The notes: a model not told the origin generated them from the letters alone. A stretch of 64,000 nucleotides of DNA from Amoebidium appalachense (GCA_963693365.1 CAVNZM010000010.1:2790001-2854000); one strand, 5' to 3'; counted from the stretch's first letter, positions 1 to 17,522 are shown. Numbers and translations: made by a program.

Positions 1-356
1 AGTGGCAGGGGGGTCTGGTGGCCGGGGAGCTTGCTGGGGCGGCTGCACGGGGGAAGGGGGCCTTTGAGGCTCAGGCTGTGGTCCCAAGGGGAGGGGGGCT
101 GGGCCCCCTTCCCAGGGAGGGTCGCCGATGGGAACGCCCGCGGGAGCTGGTGGTGGTTGAGGCGCGGGGGGAAGCACGTCGCCACCACTTGCGGGGGGAG
201 CCGGCTCGGCGGGAGCTGGCACCGGGGCGGGGCCAGTAGACGCCGGCCCCGGGTACAAGTTGAATACCCAACTAGCACACATTGGGGTGGACACCCACCC
301 TTGACGCCCCCTTGTAAGGCCCGCTGCCTACGCGACAGGGGCCGGAAACCGCAAAC

Positions 357-1076
357 CTAGTTGCGGCCGGCGCCAGACCCACTGCTGGCGTCGGTGTTGG
401 ACTTCACCACGGTCTTGTTGTCATTCTGGTTGCCCGCACGGGCGGTTTGCGTAGCGAGGTTGACCTCTGCCTCTTTCTTCCTTGCGTCGCCCATTGCGCG
501 GCCCCAGCGTTCAGAAAGAACAGGGTAATACTCCCGCTCCATGTGGGCGCGGGCCAGCTCGGCAAAGGCAGCACCCTCTGTGGCGCGGAGATACTGGTAG
601 TGCACACGGTCGGATAGGAACACAGCGACATCGGCGATTGCACCCTTGAGGTCTGCAATGCGTCGTTGGTAGAACTGCTCCGTGGGTTCAGGCACTGGGG
701 CGCCGTTTTCGCCGGGGAACTGCCAACGCTGGAACGCGCAGTCGTTGTGCATTGCATCGATGAGGCTGCAGAGTGCCCCGATGGTAACCCCGTTCTCCTC
801 GAGCACGTGCTTGTTGGCCTCGGAAGGGATCCAGGGCAGTAGGTCGGCTGGGAAGCGTCGGGGACCGTTGGGCATAGGGAACTCCGTCACCCATGGTAAG
901 GTGGGTGCCAGAGTGGGGTGCCGCTCGGCAAAGGCATGTCTAGGGAACTTGAGCCATGGGCAGTCCGGCATCCCCCAGGTCTGCCGAAGGCGCTGCGGGC
1001 GTGACTCGCGGGTGTCCGAATCCCCAGTGACGGGGGTGCGCGCTTCGGCGGAATATTGCTCGAAAATAATGTTCAT
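357..1076 (-). CDS. Gag-like ORF1 of a DIRS-like YR retrotransposon (family X); element runs off the left edge
   Basis: The 239-aa ORF aligns by eye with 61290..61973: EENGVTIGALCSLI vs EECCTLIGALSALI; DVAVFLSDRVHYQYLRATEGAAFAELARA vs DVVHMLASRLNYQKMRAQYGAAVADFAKA; WGRAMGDARKK vs WNRGLVAARQK. That homolog lies directly upstream of a DIRS-type RT. A Pro-rich open frame continues to position 1. Confidence 0.7.
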   Translation of the reverse strand: MNIIFEQYSAEARTPVTGDSDTRESRPQRLRQTWGMPDCPWLKFPRHAFAERHPTLAPTLPWVTEFPMPNGPRRFPADLLPWIPSEANKHVLEENGVTIGALCSLIDAMHNDCAFQRWQFPGENGAPVPEPTEQFYQRRIADLKGAIADVAVFLSDRVHYQYLRATEGAAFAELARAHMEREYYPVLSERWGRAMGDARKKEAEVNLATQTARAGNQNDNKTVVKSNTDASSGSGAGRN

Positions 1077-1197
1077 GGTAAAGTTCTAAAAGGGTGACCT
1101 ACCCTAAACAAAGCGTGAACGAGCCTCACCAACGTTGCCTCCGATGAGAGAGGAGGCGACGGGGAATATGCTAATAGACGACCGATCTAAGGTCGGC

Positions 1198-1269
1198 TTA
1201 TATACCCATAAGCCTCCTCTACCAGGCCGCTGATTGGCCACATAACCATTGTGGCCCAATCAGACGGCC
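1198..1269 (-). promoter_or_regulatory. Putative promoter of the family X element (TATA plus paired CCAAT boxes)
   Basis: TATATAA on the minus strand at 1198-1204, ~120 nt upstream of the ATG. Imperfect hairpin ggccgctgattggccaca...tgtggcccaatcagacggcc (1225-1269) contains two CCAAT boxes. Same layout as 61023-61173. Confidence 0.55.
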
Positions 1270-1701
1270 GAAGAATAAGTTTATAAATGGAATTGTCCAA
1301 TCAATTCAGACATTTTTTTTTTGTTTTAATTGCGAAATTTCACCACACAATATCTCGCTCGTCGTATGATATACGGCTGAGGCTACGCGGTCCATATATA
1401 TATATTATGTCGATGAAATACGGGAAGGATATGGAGATAAAAATCTACCTTGAGTTGCATGTCTGCCATGCATACATACCGTAAACTGGAAAACAACCCT
1501 ACTATGTGGTATGCAGTTTTGATGTTGTTACACGGTTCTGAGAGGTTTGTTGTAAGTAAGTATATTTAACCTCTTTTTATTCTTTTTTTCACAAATTCTT
1601 ACATTCTTCAGGAGAAAGCCTGTAAATTCAAAATTGATTTGGCAACAGAACGCCACAGAGTATGTTGGTGGTAACTTGTATGGTGGTGGTGCGTGCACTC
1701 G

Positions 1702-1704
1702 AGT

Positions 1705-1781
<77 letters not shown>

Positions 1782-1796
1782 GTATGTGTGTGTGCA

Positions 1797-1859
<63 letters not shown>
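1702..1859. repeat. (GT)n microsatellite
   Basis: Near-pure GT dinucleotide run. Confidence 0.95.
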
Positions 1860-1860
<1 letters not shown>

Positions 1861-2101
1861 GAGGGGAAAAGACACCGGGTCCCTACAAAAGTCACAGCCT
1901 AATTGAAGCACTGCTCTTCATCACAGTAAGTAATGTTAACTGTTGCATGGCAAACGTTAGCTCATATATTCGTTTCTAATTAATAAAAAGCAGCCACGAC
2001 ACTAGGCGGCATTAATCAATAACGCTCTCGGCAAACAAACCCACTCCAGCCAGATACAGCGAGTGAACCCTACGTGCATGTACATCCCCAACCCAACACC
2101 C

Positions 2102-5062
<2,961 letters not shown>

Positions 5063-6460
5063 GATTGTGGCACAAGGGCCTGTAAAGGCCTCCTGTCTGT
5101 CTGCTCCTTGCTGCCCTGCACGCTCGGCTCTACGCTACAGGTTGTCTACAACTTGCTGCACTATTCCCCGTCCAATTCTGCCTTTCCTCGTCTTAGAGTC
5201 GTCTATCTAGTACTGGTGGTTTTTGCCTTTCGTTTAGAATTCCCTTGTGTTGTGCCCTCACCGTTTTTTCGCCTTCATCATGTCTCGTTCTCTACATCAT
5301 GAGCACTGCACCAGCAAACTCCAAACTCGAACAGCCAATCGTAAATCTGAAAGGTCAAAACGCCTTTTTTGGTCCGATTTGCGGCTTTCTAATTGGGTTT
5401 ACGCAACGGCAATTAAAAAAACTCAAAAAACGCTATATCTTTTGAACCATTGGTCTAACTTTTCTAAAACTTTCTAAAATAACGTAAATATTGGTAAACT
5501 TAAGTTTAGGACTTTGCTTCACAACAAAAGTCACGTGTTTCACAGGTCTACACAAAGGGAGGGCCAAAAGACAAGAATTTTCTCCTCGAAAGTGATTCTG
5601 ATCGTTGGCCGCATGAACCGATGACGTCATCCAGATTATGCGACAGATGACGAAAAACTGCGAAAAACTGCGACCCAACGGTTACCCCTGGAATTACGTA
5701 TCAAATAGAACACGCTTGATTGGCGTTTGTCGTATCGGCATTCATATTTGATTGATATGAAGCCAATCGCTAGGCGCACCGTAATCCTATACCAACCAGC
5801 TCTAGCCGAATTTCAAAGAGGGGGGATCTGCCAAGCAACGATTCGATGTTCAAGTTTGGGTCTTGCTCACTGCACCAAGATCCGGTTCGCGACTGTACCT
5901 TGTGATGACATAACACCGTTGGTTCGGTTCACATTTCCGATTCGGGTCGGGTCACACACAAGCTCAGATATCGGTGCACCTGCAGGATGTGTGCTATTGC
6001 AAGACCTTTATTGCTCTTTTTGGTGCCATTATTCAATTCAAAGCTTATGGGTAGGTAGCACGCGAGTATAATATTCGTTGCTCAAGAACTTAACCGCCAC
6101 CGCAATACAATAAACATATGAAAATACACTGGGATGATCGATGTTAAGGATAATGCAAATATTTCGGGTCACTGATCGCACATTCACAGAAATGATCCCA
6201 CACGCCCTCCGTCACCACTGGCGCAGACGCCCCAGGCCGTCGACGAGTTCCCCCCAGCGTTCAACGCAAAACAATCTGCTGGCTGTACTTTTACTCTACC
6301 ACACAGATTTTAGCCAATGCTCAACGCAGTTTGAAGCCAATGCAAACATGTAAGCAAGAGGCAAACAGCCAGCTGCAGGAATCATGATCTCGGGGGGCAT
6401 GCGCGCAGCAGTCGGCGCACGCCCGCCGTACACACATTCTTGGTCCGTAGGCTAGATCTT

Positions 6461-6939
6461 TATCCATCCCGTTTCTTTTAGCTCCGGGATTAATTCGTAC
6501 AGATGTGTTCAACCCAGGCGAGATAATCTAAATTCGGCGGGGTTCATGCGTGAAGGGGCGGGTAGGCTCTGGTAACTTCTGGTGTTAGGGTACACTTAGC
6601 CGCCGTGTTCTCCGCGCGGTCCAACTTCGCGTTTGTTTGCTACCCAAAAGCTGATCGTTAAATTCGCTGAATGCAAACCATATGCATGAATCAGTTGTAG
6701 TTCAGCTAAACGAGAAGCGCTTTACAGTATCATAGCAGTTTTCTTCTGTGCATGTGCCCTTGTGTGGCTCGTGTATGTGCAGGCAGCGAGACTCAGGGTG
6801 CAAGCTGTAGTACTACGTATACTCACACGGGCCTCCTTGTTTTCCGACTGCAGCTGACCACGCGCACCGTGTGTTTACCAGTGTGCTATTTGAAGGAGTG
6901 CCATGCATGACGGTGTGCAGACACCCACAGCTTGTGCAC

Positions 6940-6992
<53 letters not shown>

Positions 6993-7328
6993 TCTTCTCT
7001 CTCTCTTCTCTCTCTCTCTTTCTCTCTCCCCGACTCACACACACGCTCTCTCTCTTTTCTCCCTTTCACCTCCCTATCTCGTCTCTCTAAGTTGCTCCTT
7101 CTCTCCGTCTCAGAGCTATCCTCTCAGAGTCTCTCTCTATATATATATATCTCGTTCACTCTCTCACTCACTCCCTGGCACTCACAGATTTCTGTCCCAC
7201 ACCCTCTCGCTCGCTCTAAACGACTCCTCTCACTCTCTCAGGCTCTCTCTCTCTCGATCAGCCTCACACACCCTCACAAACACACACACACAAACACAAA
7301 CACAAACGCGCGCACACACACATACACA

Positions 7329-7394
<66 letters not shown>

Positions 7395-8097
7395 TCTCGA
7401 AAGAGAGAGAGTGAGACAGAGAGAGACACACACACTCTTTCTCTAGAGTCTCAGAGTCTTTCTCGACAGCCTCACACCGTACACACACACTCACCCACGC
7501 AATTGCAACAAAACGCACACATCTTAAACAATCGCACCTCTCGCTCTTTTTCTTTCTCTCTCTCTCTCTCTCCGAGTCTCTCTCTCCGAGTCTCTCTCTT
7601 CTCTCTCTCTCTCGCTCTCTGGCTCTTTCTCTCTCTCTCTCTCTCTCTCTAGCTGCCCCCCCCCTCATTCTCTCTCTCACAAAGAGTAACACACATACTC
7701 ACAACACACACTCCCTCTCTCTCTCTCTCTCTGTCCCCCTCTTTCTCCCTCTCGAGATCCCGCAACCAATACTTAAATCAGATTCTTTACTCTAACAGTT
7801 TCATTCAGAGCTGCCCCTCACACACCGGGTCCGCAGATCTGCTAGGCATTAGTTTTCGGGTAGCAAACAAACGTATAGTTGGGTTTACACGGACACACGA
7901 CGGCTAGACATAAGCTTTTGGGTAGCAAACAAACGCGAAGTTGGGCCGCGCGGAGAACACGGCGGCTACCCTAACACCAGAAGTTACCAGAGCCTACCCG
8001 CCCTTCACGCTTGAACCCCCGCCGAATTTAGATTATCTCGCATGGGTTGAACACATCCGTACGAATTTATCCCGGACCTTAAAAAAACGGGATGGAT
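6461..8097. repeat. ~190-bp inverted repeat pair (6461-6652 / 7913-8097) enclosing CT/GA/CA microsatellites
   Basis: 6461-6652 is the reverse complement of 7913-8097 with few differences. A degenerate extra ~60-bp unit lies at 7855-7912. Confidence 0.8.
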
Positions 8098-8382
8098 CCG
8101 GTGGGGGTATATGTATATGGGGTTTACACACTTTTTAAGCGTGGACACTGCCGGAGGCCCAGCCACATTCGACGGCCTACTACTGCGTTTTCCAGCACAG
8201 CCAATCAAATGCAGCCAGTGACATATGTACATGCTAGGCAACAATGAGCGCCATCGTAGTATCTGACACCCCTATTACATATTATGGGTAAGCAGATGCT
8301 AGCATCGGTAGCTCCGAAAGAAAGTTAAGGCACCGGATCACAATATCATACTGTGCAGCATTAATAAGGTGATCTAGGATAG

Positions 8383-9582
8383 TCATCTTAAAACGGATAT
8401 ATTGAGGAAGAGAGGAAGAAGAGAGAATAAAACCGCCAAAACCTCCGGTTCTAATACATTAGCTAACAGGTTGCATTTATTGATAGATATGCAGCCGCGA
8501 GTAAACCGCCCCCCACACATATTACACATACGAGCAGGAGACACCAGAAACCGATTACACCGCCAAGCCATAATCATCTTTGCGTTTTTACACCACACCA
8601 CATTACGAATAAACGAATCTATGTATGAACGAGACTCTCTAACCGTATCCGCCATATAGGCTACTAGTAGTTGGTGTTTTTGCGGTCCTAACACCGGAAG
8701 GGACTCAACACGTAGAGTAAAAAGATATCTATCAGCCATAGACTTGAAACTATTCATATTCACACTATGATCTAGCCGTACCTCCGGGGGGGTCGCCAGC
8801 CATTCCACATAGCGCTCGGCAATGGGCAGAGACGATGGGGAAGGGAAGAGGTAGAGGGGCGAATCCGGCGGGGATGCGTGTAGCCGGAAGAGCGGGTGGT
8901 CCGGGGCACAAGCGGACAGGCGGGTGATGTGCTCGTGGAATTTAAGGGCTAATTCGTGTACGCGTTGTGATGGTGGTGTGAGTGCTTAGAGAGAATCAAA
9001 AAGGCGTCTAGGGATAGGTGTGGAAAGACCAGTGAGAAACATACAACAAGTTGTGTAATGGAAATCATCTATTGATTTGAGGACAGTAGTAACAGTATCA
9101 GGGGGTGCCATATATGCATAGCTAGTAAGGGCAACCCGTATTCCGACAAAGGGCGAATATATGTGCGAAATATACTAAGACGATTGTATAGGTGGACAGT
9201 ATGAGAAAGAGTAGCAAGATACACATCCCGAAATAACCGAAGACACCTGCCTGCACTCTCCACCCGACGGTCGGTGTAGATGTGCGTCGGCTGGGACGAT
9301 GGAGTCGTCGGGGTTCGATATTCCGAGGCACGGTTTGCTGAAGTTGGGGGCCTCAACGAAACAACCGCTGAAACCATCATATGACCCTGCAGGCCCCCAG
9401 AAGAAAAGGGCAGAAAACCGCTGATTGATTGCTCCGCCAGAAAAACGTATCCTTTTTTTTTCCCTCTCGTTGTCGTTGCGCAGTAGGGCGTAGCACGTGT
9501 GCCTCATGAAAAGATTGGCATTTGCAAGAAACCCATCGCCCACATTCCACAGATCAGCAGATACAGGGCTGGCCATGATCAC
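8383..9582 (-). mobile_element. 5'-truncated, degenerate non-LTR retrotransposon (LINE): RT C-terminal region and Cys-rich tail
   Basis: RLSIFRTYIRPLSEYGLPL is the typical post-RT LINE motif. Downstream reads PPSQRVHELALKF...PDHPL and C-terminal CNMCGGRFTRGCI. Several frameshifts and stops. Confidence 0.75.
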
Positions 9583-10303
9583 TGTGTATATATGTACATG
9601 TGGATACCTGCATCACCGAAGCCTTCACACAGCCAAATCGGCCCTAATCACCCTCCATGCCACCACTTCGTGGGCCATGGTATGTGGCCATATGCATGTC
9701 AGAGGCCACCATGCAGGCAGAGCTTCACGCTGCGCATGCGCATGCATGCATGCATATGCCGAGATTCAATCATTGCAATTGGCAGTACACAACTCCGTCA
9801 ACACTGGCAGGTATGCCTGCCTGGGTCTTTCCACGGACTCGAGACGGGGATTCCCACATGTGCTGGCCTTCTGCCAGAGAGCCAGAAAGGAAAACATGTT
9901 TGTCAGAAAGGCATGCATATGCCCCAAAGGCACTTGCAACTACTGTTAGTAAAAAAAAAAAACAATTTTCTATAAACCCAGTACGGACGTCGCCGAACAC
10001 TTTCTGCCTCGCTCCCCCCCCCCCCCCCTTTTTTTTTCTCCCCCTTTTTCCTCACTCGAGTTTTTCCAACCCTTCCTAAGTTCCTAGCCTACCTACACGC
10101 ACCCGGCCCCCTTTGAGAGTCTCCCAACCAAGCCTTCCCTCTCCTCCCCTTCTACCCACCCACACAACTAACAACGCTCTTCTGTAATATATAACGAGCA
10201 GATTCCCCTTACCTGCGCAAATTGAATCCATTTTCGCCGCAGCTTTCACACATTTTGAAAGCTCAGCTAGCAAGCCAGACCAATTGCAAACCGCTCCGGA
10301 ACC

Positions 10304-10338
<35 letters not shown>

Positions 10339-11124
10339 TTCTTACAAAAACTTAAGAAAAAGAGAAAAGAAAAGAAAAAAATAAAGAAAAACACACACAC
10401 ACACCTTCACTGCCAAAAAATTTTCTCCACCACAGCTCCAGTCAATTCCATGGCAGAGCAGATTAATTCTGAGATGATATGTAAGCAACATCGTGCAGCC
10501 TTAGTGTGGAATTATTTTTGAAATCAGGCCTCCTTCCCTTTATTGCTGCTTCTGAGGTTCCCCCCTCCCCCCCCCCCAAACAACAACAACAACAACCGTC
10601 AACCGTCCCATCCACAATCACAACCCCCCCACCCCCCACCCCCTCTCCCCACACCGCACACAAAAAAAAAGGGGGGGGGGGGGGGGGAGGGGAAGAGAAA
10701 GAACATGATCAATGCAAGAAAACAGACAAGTAAAACGAAACGGCCACGGGATGGTGAAGAGGTCAGAATATGAACAGAATCAAATCGCTCGTAAAGGCAC
10801 GCAGATGCCCCGTTGTAGACATGGTGGTGGTGGGGGGGGGGGGGGGGGGGGGGGGGTCAGGCGGAGCAAGGGGCAGCGGGGGGAGGAAGGGAGCGCGGGG
10901 AGGGGGGGGGGGGGGGGGCGAGACAGGGAGGGCTATCCCACATAATGGATTGGGTATTTGATAGCACCACAGCCTTTTTTTTGCCCTATTAAATAATTCG
11001 ACGACCACATGTGCACACGCCGGCGTAGACACACATTTACAAACTTTGACACGTGTTAGTTAGTGCAAGCGCGTGTCTGCATACACACACCGGGACACAT
11101 GTACAATTAGACGCACACACACAT

Positions 11125-11171
<47 letters not shown>

Positions 11172-13753
11172 CATGCACACTGTATTACACGTGGCACACA
11201 TACACAAAACATGCACACACAGTCCACTGCACATGCACGGCCAGGTAAGGCACAGAGTAGTCAGCACGATGAACAAGGGGTGATTGAGAAGAAAGACCGG
11301 GAATACTTTTTTGTGTAGCGCCTACTATCATGAGGGGGGGGGGGGAGGGATGGAAGCGGCTATGGTTCTGCCCTTTTCTGCCGGGCGCACCAGAGTTGGA
11401 GTTCGAACCAATCCAGACACCAGGACAAACAGTTGTTTCAACAGCCAAAGTCGCTTTTATTAGACACAGTGTGTTAGATTTTGAATTTGAATAAGGGGTA
11501 GATATCGTCATTGAATCACAGTCTTCTATTATTTTGGGAAAAGCCCAGCGTGAGTCAGTGACGGCGTCTGTAAGTTAGTGCTTTATCATTGATTAAGAAA
11601 CACAAACAAGTGAGACTGACAGATACCTCGTGAGCAAGATAGAAAACAAGGATAACTTAATCTCAGATACACCTAATACCGTGTTGCATAAAATCTGTCC
11701 TAGCTTGTTCATTGCGTGCATATAAAATTTCGTAGATGTGAAGTGACACCGTGTGCGCATGAAGCCTGGAAGTCTGAACCGGTGCTCTCTGACCCGCACC
11801 TGAGTGTCAAATAATTACTGGACACCGTATAGGCAAGTGTGCTTTGAAAAACGATTTATGATAACTGTATCATTGTATCTTAGGAGTCACCGAACTCACA
11901 TGTCTGAGACCAACACAGGTTTTATGAGTTGTATTTACAAGCACAGCTATTCTTGCATTCGACACTGCGAACTAAGTCGAGCTTCTACACAAACATCGGG
12001 GATGTTGCAGTTGAGTTTGTCAAATCTTTTACCCAATAATACGTCAAAATCATGTGCATATTAGTTTACTTGGTTTGAGCAAGGGACAGGTGTACTACCA
12101 GGGCCCCTCTCGGCTTGGCTGTGGGTCACATGATTGGGCTCCCTCCCTTTTCTTGATTTCCCAGCCACACGCTTAGGGGGTCGGGTGACTGCAGCTGCCT
12201 CATGACTTCTGCCTTTCTTCTGTTGCTGCTGTTTTGCCAGATTATGCAGGCAAAGGATATCACTAGCGACTCGGCTGCTGCAGGAACCTTGATGCCCTTG
12301 AGCTCAGCCACTACCAGTGCACAGGAAGTGAGCAGACAGAGCATGAGCCCACCAAGGTCGAACCAAGACAAGACCAGTCACGGGGTAGACTGGGAGGGGG
12401 CTGTGTTTGCAGGTGCATCCCTTGGCGTGCTTGCAGATGACCTCACATGCCATCGGGGCTGTGTGGCAGTTGTGGTTTGTCCTGCTGGTGCTGGCTGCAG
12501 GGTGCTGGGCATGGGCCTAGCTTCTGTTTGGCCCGGTCCAGCCACGGGGTTGGCTGCCGTCTCTGGCTGGTCTGCTGGCTGCCTGGGGAGTAGTGGGCTT
12601 GGTTAAGGGTTGCTGGTCTATTTGGCCACTGGCCGCACCAACCGGGTGCGACATGTCGGTGCTGTGGGGCCCAGCTGCTGGGCTCTCTCCTTGGTTCTCC
12701 TTGCCTGCTGTGCGGGAAATGGGCACAAAGAATAAAGGCCATTGGTTATTTTTAACGGTGAAATATACTGGCCCTATCTACTGAGGCAACTATTTTTTTC
12801 CCCCCCTTTAGGGGAAAAAAAAAAATCTTGACATGTAGTCATGATTGCTGTGGACTGAAGAGAGTTTTCCACTTTTGGGGAGATAAAGGAGAGGGGGGGA
12901 AGGGGGGGGAGGGAGGAGGAGGGGAAGGGGGGCGCGGGGGGGGGGGGGGGGGGGGGGGGGAGGGGGGGGGGGGATATTTCCAGGTAAGGAACCAAGTTTA
13001 GAAGGCAAAAAGCAAATATGAAAGTCACAACCAATGGAACTCCTCATCACCGTGACAATGAGCATTCTAATGCATTCAGCGAAGACAAGGAGTAATTTGC
13101 AATTGGGGGACTCACCGTTCTCTAGAGCAGTGGAGAGCTTCCTTGCCAGTTCTCCATACAGTATGATAAGTCCTCCTTGTGTGCTGTAGAGCTCTTGCAG
13201 GTGGGCGTCACACACGCTGCTATGTTGCTTTGCCTCCTCTCCTGAAATGGCCTTCGCTGCTTCCATGGTGTCGTGAATCTGCCTCTGGATATCTGAAATG
13301 AGTGCCCGTGTCCAGACGATCTCCTACTTCAGCATCCGTACTTGCACCGAAACCTGCTTTGAGGACGAAACAGGCTCTGCCTCCTCCATTTTTGGTTATC
13401 TAAAGCTTTCAGACACTGAACCAACGTGGAACTTGAAGTCGTCTGATTCTAGAGGTTTGGATGGTTCAACCCGGGCCTCCAAGGAACCTAACGTGTAGCC
13501 AGCAAAGGTCTGGGGCATGGAGATCTAATCTAAATGAAACTGGGATGCCACTCATATAAGCTCATAGCTTACACCATACTTTGAGCCCGCACCACGAAAC
13601 GCCCTGCTTCTGTGTCACGGTAGCTTAGAGCCGAGGCTGGTTGCTGAGGCTGGTGTGGAGCTCTGTGGGCTCATGATCAAGTCTCCTTGAGTCATGAGGG
13701 GATATTTGAGATTTTGGCGCGCTTTTTTTTTACCCTCTAAAATACTCAATCAG

Positions 13754-15577
13754 ATGGCGCGGCGGCTCATGGCATTGGCCAGGCCACAGCGCGGCGCAGG
13801 CTGTGAATCACGGCCAAGTAGTTCAAGATGGCCGTGCTGCCATGCATGCATGCATGCAAGCACTCTCACCAAAACAAAACAAAACAAGTACAACCACACG
13901 AATATGCAACAGCGATCTTTTAATTTAGTGTTGTACCTAAACCTGTGTTTTTTTGAGTTTGCACCAACCTACAGTAACTTGACCACGGTCACGAGACTCA
14001 CTACTCCTTGACTGGGACTGACACCAACTCAGAGGCAGTGCGCATACGGTGCGCACTGGAGGCGGCACCGGATAGAAGGAGAAGGAGAAGAAACACACAC
14101 ATAGGCTTATGCTGGACACATATACACTCATAGCTTGGTGACACAGACACCAACGCACAGCACACCCACCCACACCCACCCATTCAACCACCCGCCCATC
14201 TGCCCACCCAACCACACACCCACAATCACGCACACGTCATACACCGAATTGTGCTGTGTACAAACCCACACACACCGGACACATACGCACCACAAATTCT
14301 TGTGCTGCGCGCACACAGACCGCTCTAGGCCTTGTGCTGCACGCCCACCTGCAGGCTTGTGCTGGGCCAACCAGCCCTCAGGGCATGGTCGGTATGCTGC
14401 GGGGGCTGGTGCGGGTGCTGCCGCCAGTTCGGGCCTTTCACAGCCTGGGCCTGGCAGCCCTCCTGGTGACGGCTCTGCAAAGGGACGGCCTGACTGCACC
14501 CACACCCGTACAGGCACAGGCACGTACCGGGGCAGGGGAGTTGGTGTAGTTTTTGTTGCTGTTGTAGACAACGAGGACAAAAAGGAGCACAGAAACTCTT
14601 GGGGAAGGCATAGTGGGATGTGCTGGGTTACAGCTGGGTTACGGGGGCTGGAGGGTAAGCGGGCAAGGGCGGACATTGCAGGGGTGCAAGGGGGAGTTTG
14701 GGAGGGGGGGGGAGGGGGGGGGAGGGGAGGAAGGGGGTTTTATGCCGTGGGTGCTCTGAACGCGGTGGTAGCGGGCATATGGCTGATCCCCCACCCTTGT
14801 ATCTGGTATAGAAAGCTGGTAGAGGGGTGAGTAGAAGAGTTACTGGTGCAGCTGTGTGTGCGGAGGGTGGGGGCTGACAGGGGCAGCAGGCTATACCGTG
14901 GCTGCTGGCTGAGCACCGCAGGGACCTGGTGCTGGCGGCTGAGACGGGCAGCGGCAAGACCCTGGGTAAAATGCTGGGGGGGGGGGGGGGGGGGGGGGGG
15001 GGGGAGGGGGGGGTGAGGGGAGGGGGAGGGCAGGGGACGGAAGGGGGGGGAGGGGGAGGAGGGGGGCAGGGCACTGACGTTGCACGTGTGTGCTGGGCTG
15101 CAGCATATGTGCTGCCCCTGCTGCAGCGGCTGGGGGCCAGTGGGGGCCGGGGCCTGGTGGTGGTGCCCACGCTGGAGCTGTGCGAGCAGGTCTACGGGGT
15201 GGCCCGGCGCTATGCCGACTGCTGCAACGTGCACGTGGCCAGGGCGCACCGGCTGGCACCGCTGCAAGGGCCCAGGGCCGGGCTGCTCGTGGCCACCACG
15301 GGGCTGCTGGGGCAGCATGGGCCCGGGCTGGTGGGGGCCATGCAGGTGGTGGTGCTGGACGAGGCTGACCAGCTGCTGCAGTCCAGTATGCGCCAGGTCC
15401 AGGTGGGTTTTTTTTTTTTTTTTATGTGGGGGGGGGTAGAGGGGGAGGGGGGAGGGGGGAGGGGGGAGGGGAGAAGGGGGAGGACACCGGGCAGAGTTTT
15501 GTTAATACGTTTAGTCACACATTTGCCCCCTTTTTCTTCTCCCCCCCCCCCCCCCCCCCCCGGTTCCTTTTGTCTAT

Positions 15578-15625
<48 letters not shown>

Positions 15626-17058
15626 GGGGGGGTCAAGGATTGGAGGGTTTTTCTGTGGGGCAACGGTTGAGGCATGGTGGAATCCTTTTGGAGGGGGGTT
15701 TTCAAGGTTTTTGTGCTTTTGTGTTGTGTTGTGTGTGCGTGTGTGGGTGTATTGGGGGGAGGGGGGAGAGGGGAGGGGAGGGTTATGAAAAGGTTCTCAT
15801 GGATGAATGGGGCAGAACATGGTGCGGACGGCAAGGAAGGGCCAGGGGCAGGCGCAGTGTGTGGCAGTGGGGGCCACCCTGGCCACGGCCGGCAGCAAGT
15901 CGGTGGCCCGCAGCATGCAGCAGCTGCTGCCCGGGGCCCACAGCATGCACAGCCAGGGCCTGCACCGCCCTGTGCCCACGCTGCAGCGCACGGTGCACGT
16001 GGTGGACGGGGACCATGCCCGGTGGGCGCTGCTGGCCGACCTGCTGGCCACCAGCACTGGCCGGCTGCTGGTGTTTGTGCGCAGTGCAGAGGCCGCTGCA
16101 GCCCTGGCCGGCCAGTTGCAGGGCCAGGGCCAGGCATGTGGGGCCTTGCATGCCGGTATGCCCCCAGCCGAGCGCCTGGCCTCCTTGCAGGCCTTTGTGG
16201 CCGGCACCGTGCCTGTGCTCGTGGCCACAGGTAGGCCCCCCACCCCCACCCCGAATAGGGCAGGCAGGGCACGGCATGGTGGCGCAGGGCTGACGGGGCG
16301 GGGCAGATGTGGCGGCACGGGGCCTGGACCTGCCGCAGGTGGACACGGTGGTGCAGTGGCACTATGCAAGCGATGCCCAGGCATACCTGCACAGAGCCGG
16401 CCGCACTGCCCGGGCCGGCGCACCAGGCACCAGTATGTGACTGCCACCCATGATTTGGGGGGAGAGGGGGGAGGGGGGGGGGGGGGGGGTCGGTCTGCAG
16501 GATATGGCTGACAGGGGGGCTGTGCAGTGGTCAGCTTTGTGGGGCAAGAGGATGGGCCACTGGCCGGGCTGCTGGAGGGCAGCCAGGCAGCCACGGTCGA
16601 AGGCGCATTCTCTCGCCGCCGCAGCCTCGGGTGAGTGCTCGGTCATGGGCGTAGCGGCTGGCTGGGGGGTGTGTGTGTGGGGGGGATGCAGGTAGGGTGC
16701 AGGTTTACTGCTGGCAGGGGTGTGGAGCTGTGGGGGCGTGCATGTGTGCATTTTATTTACATTGTGGCGTGTGTGGGCCCGAGACTTGCTGGCTCGAAGG
16801 GGCATGCTTGCATCATGTTTATCTCGTAGGACTCGTATCAAGCACGGCACACATTGTGGTAGGCGCACCAAGTGTGTGATTGTGAGGGTGGGTTGCATGT
16901 AAGTGCACGTGGGTGTGCGTGTGTGTGTGTGTGCATGCGCGTGTGTGTGGTGTGTGTGTGCTTGCATGTGTGTAATGTGTATGCGGGTGGTGTGTGTGCG
17001 AGGGTGGGTTACATGAATGGGTGTTGCGGGTCTGAGAAGATGTTGCATTTACCTGCAC

Positions 17059-17095
<37 letters not shown>

Positions 17096-17296
17096 CGTGT
17101 ATGCATGTAGCTGTGTGCCTGAGTATGGGTTGCATGTTACATGCACATAATTACGTGTGTGTGCAAAAGTGTGTGTGTGTGTGTGTGTGTGTGTTGGGGG
17201 GGGGGGGGGGGGGGGGGGGGCACATACATGCACGTTGTGTACGTGTGTGTGTGTGTTGTCCGCGTCGTATGTGTGTGTCAGGGTGGGTCAATGTAA

Positions 17297-17384
<88 letters not shown>

Positions 17385-17434
17385 GCCGTGGTGATGGGTC
17401 CCGGGGTGGTAGTGATGGTGTGTGTGTGTGTGTG

Positions 17435-17522
<88 letters not shown>

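Noticed and set aside
1528-1979. HT/CV-rich ORFs here and throughout (e.g. 24000-25200, 58300-59800)
   Set aside because: Artefacts of stop-free CA/GT microsatellites.
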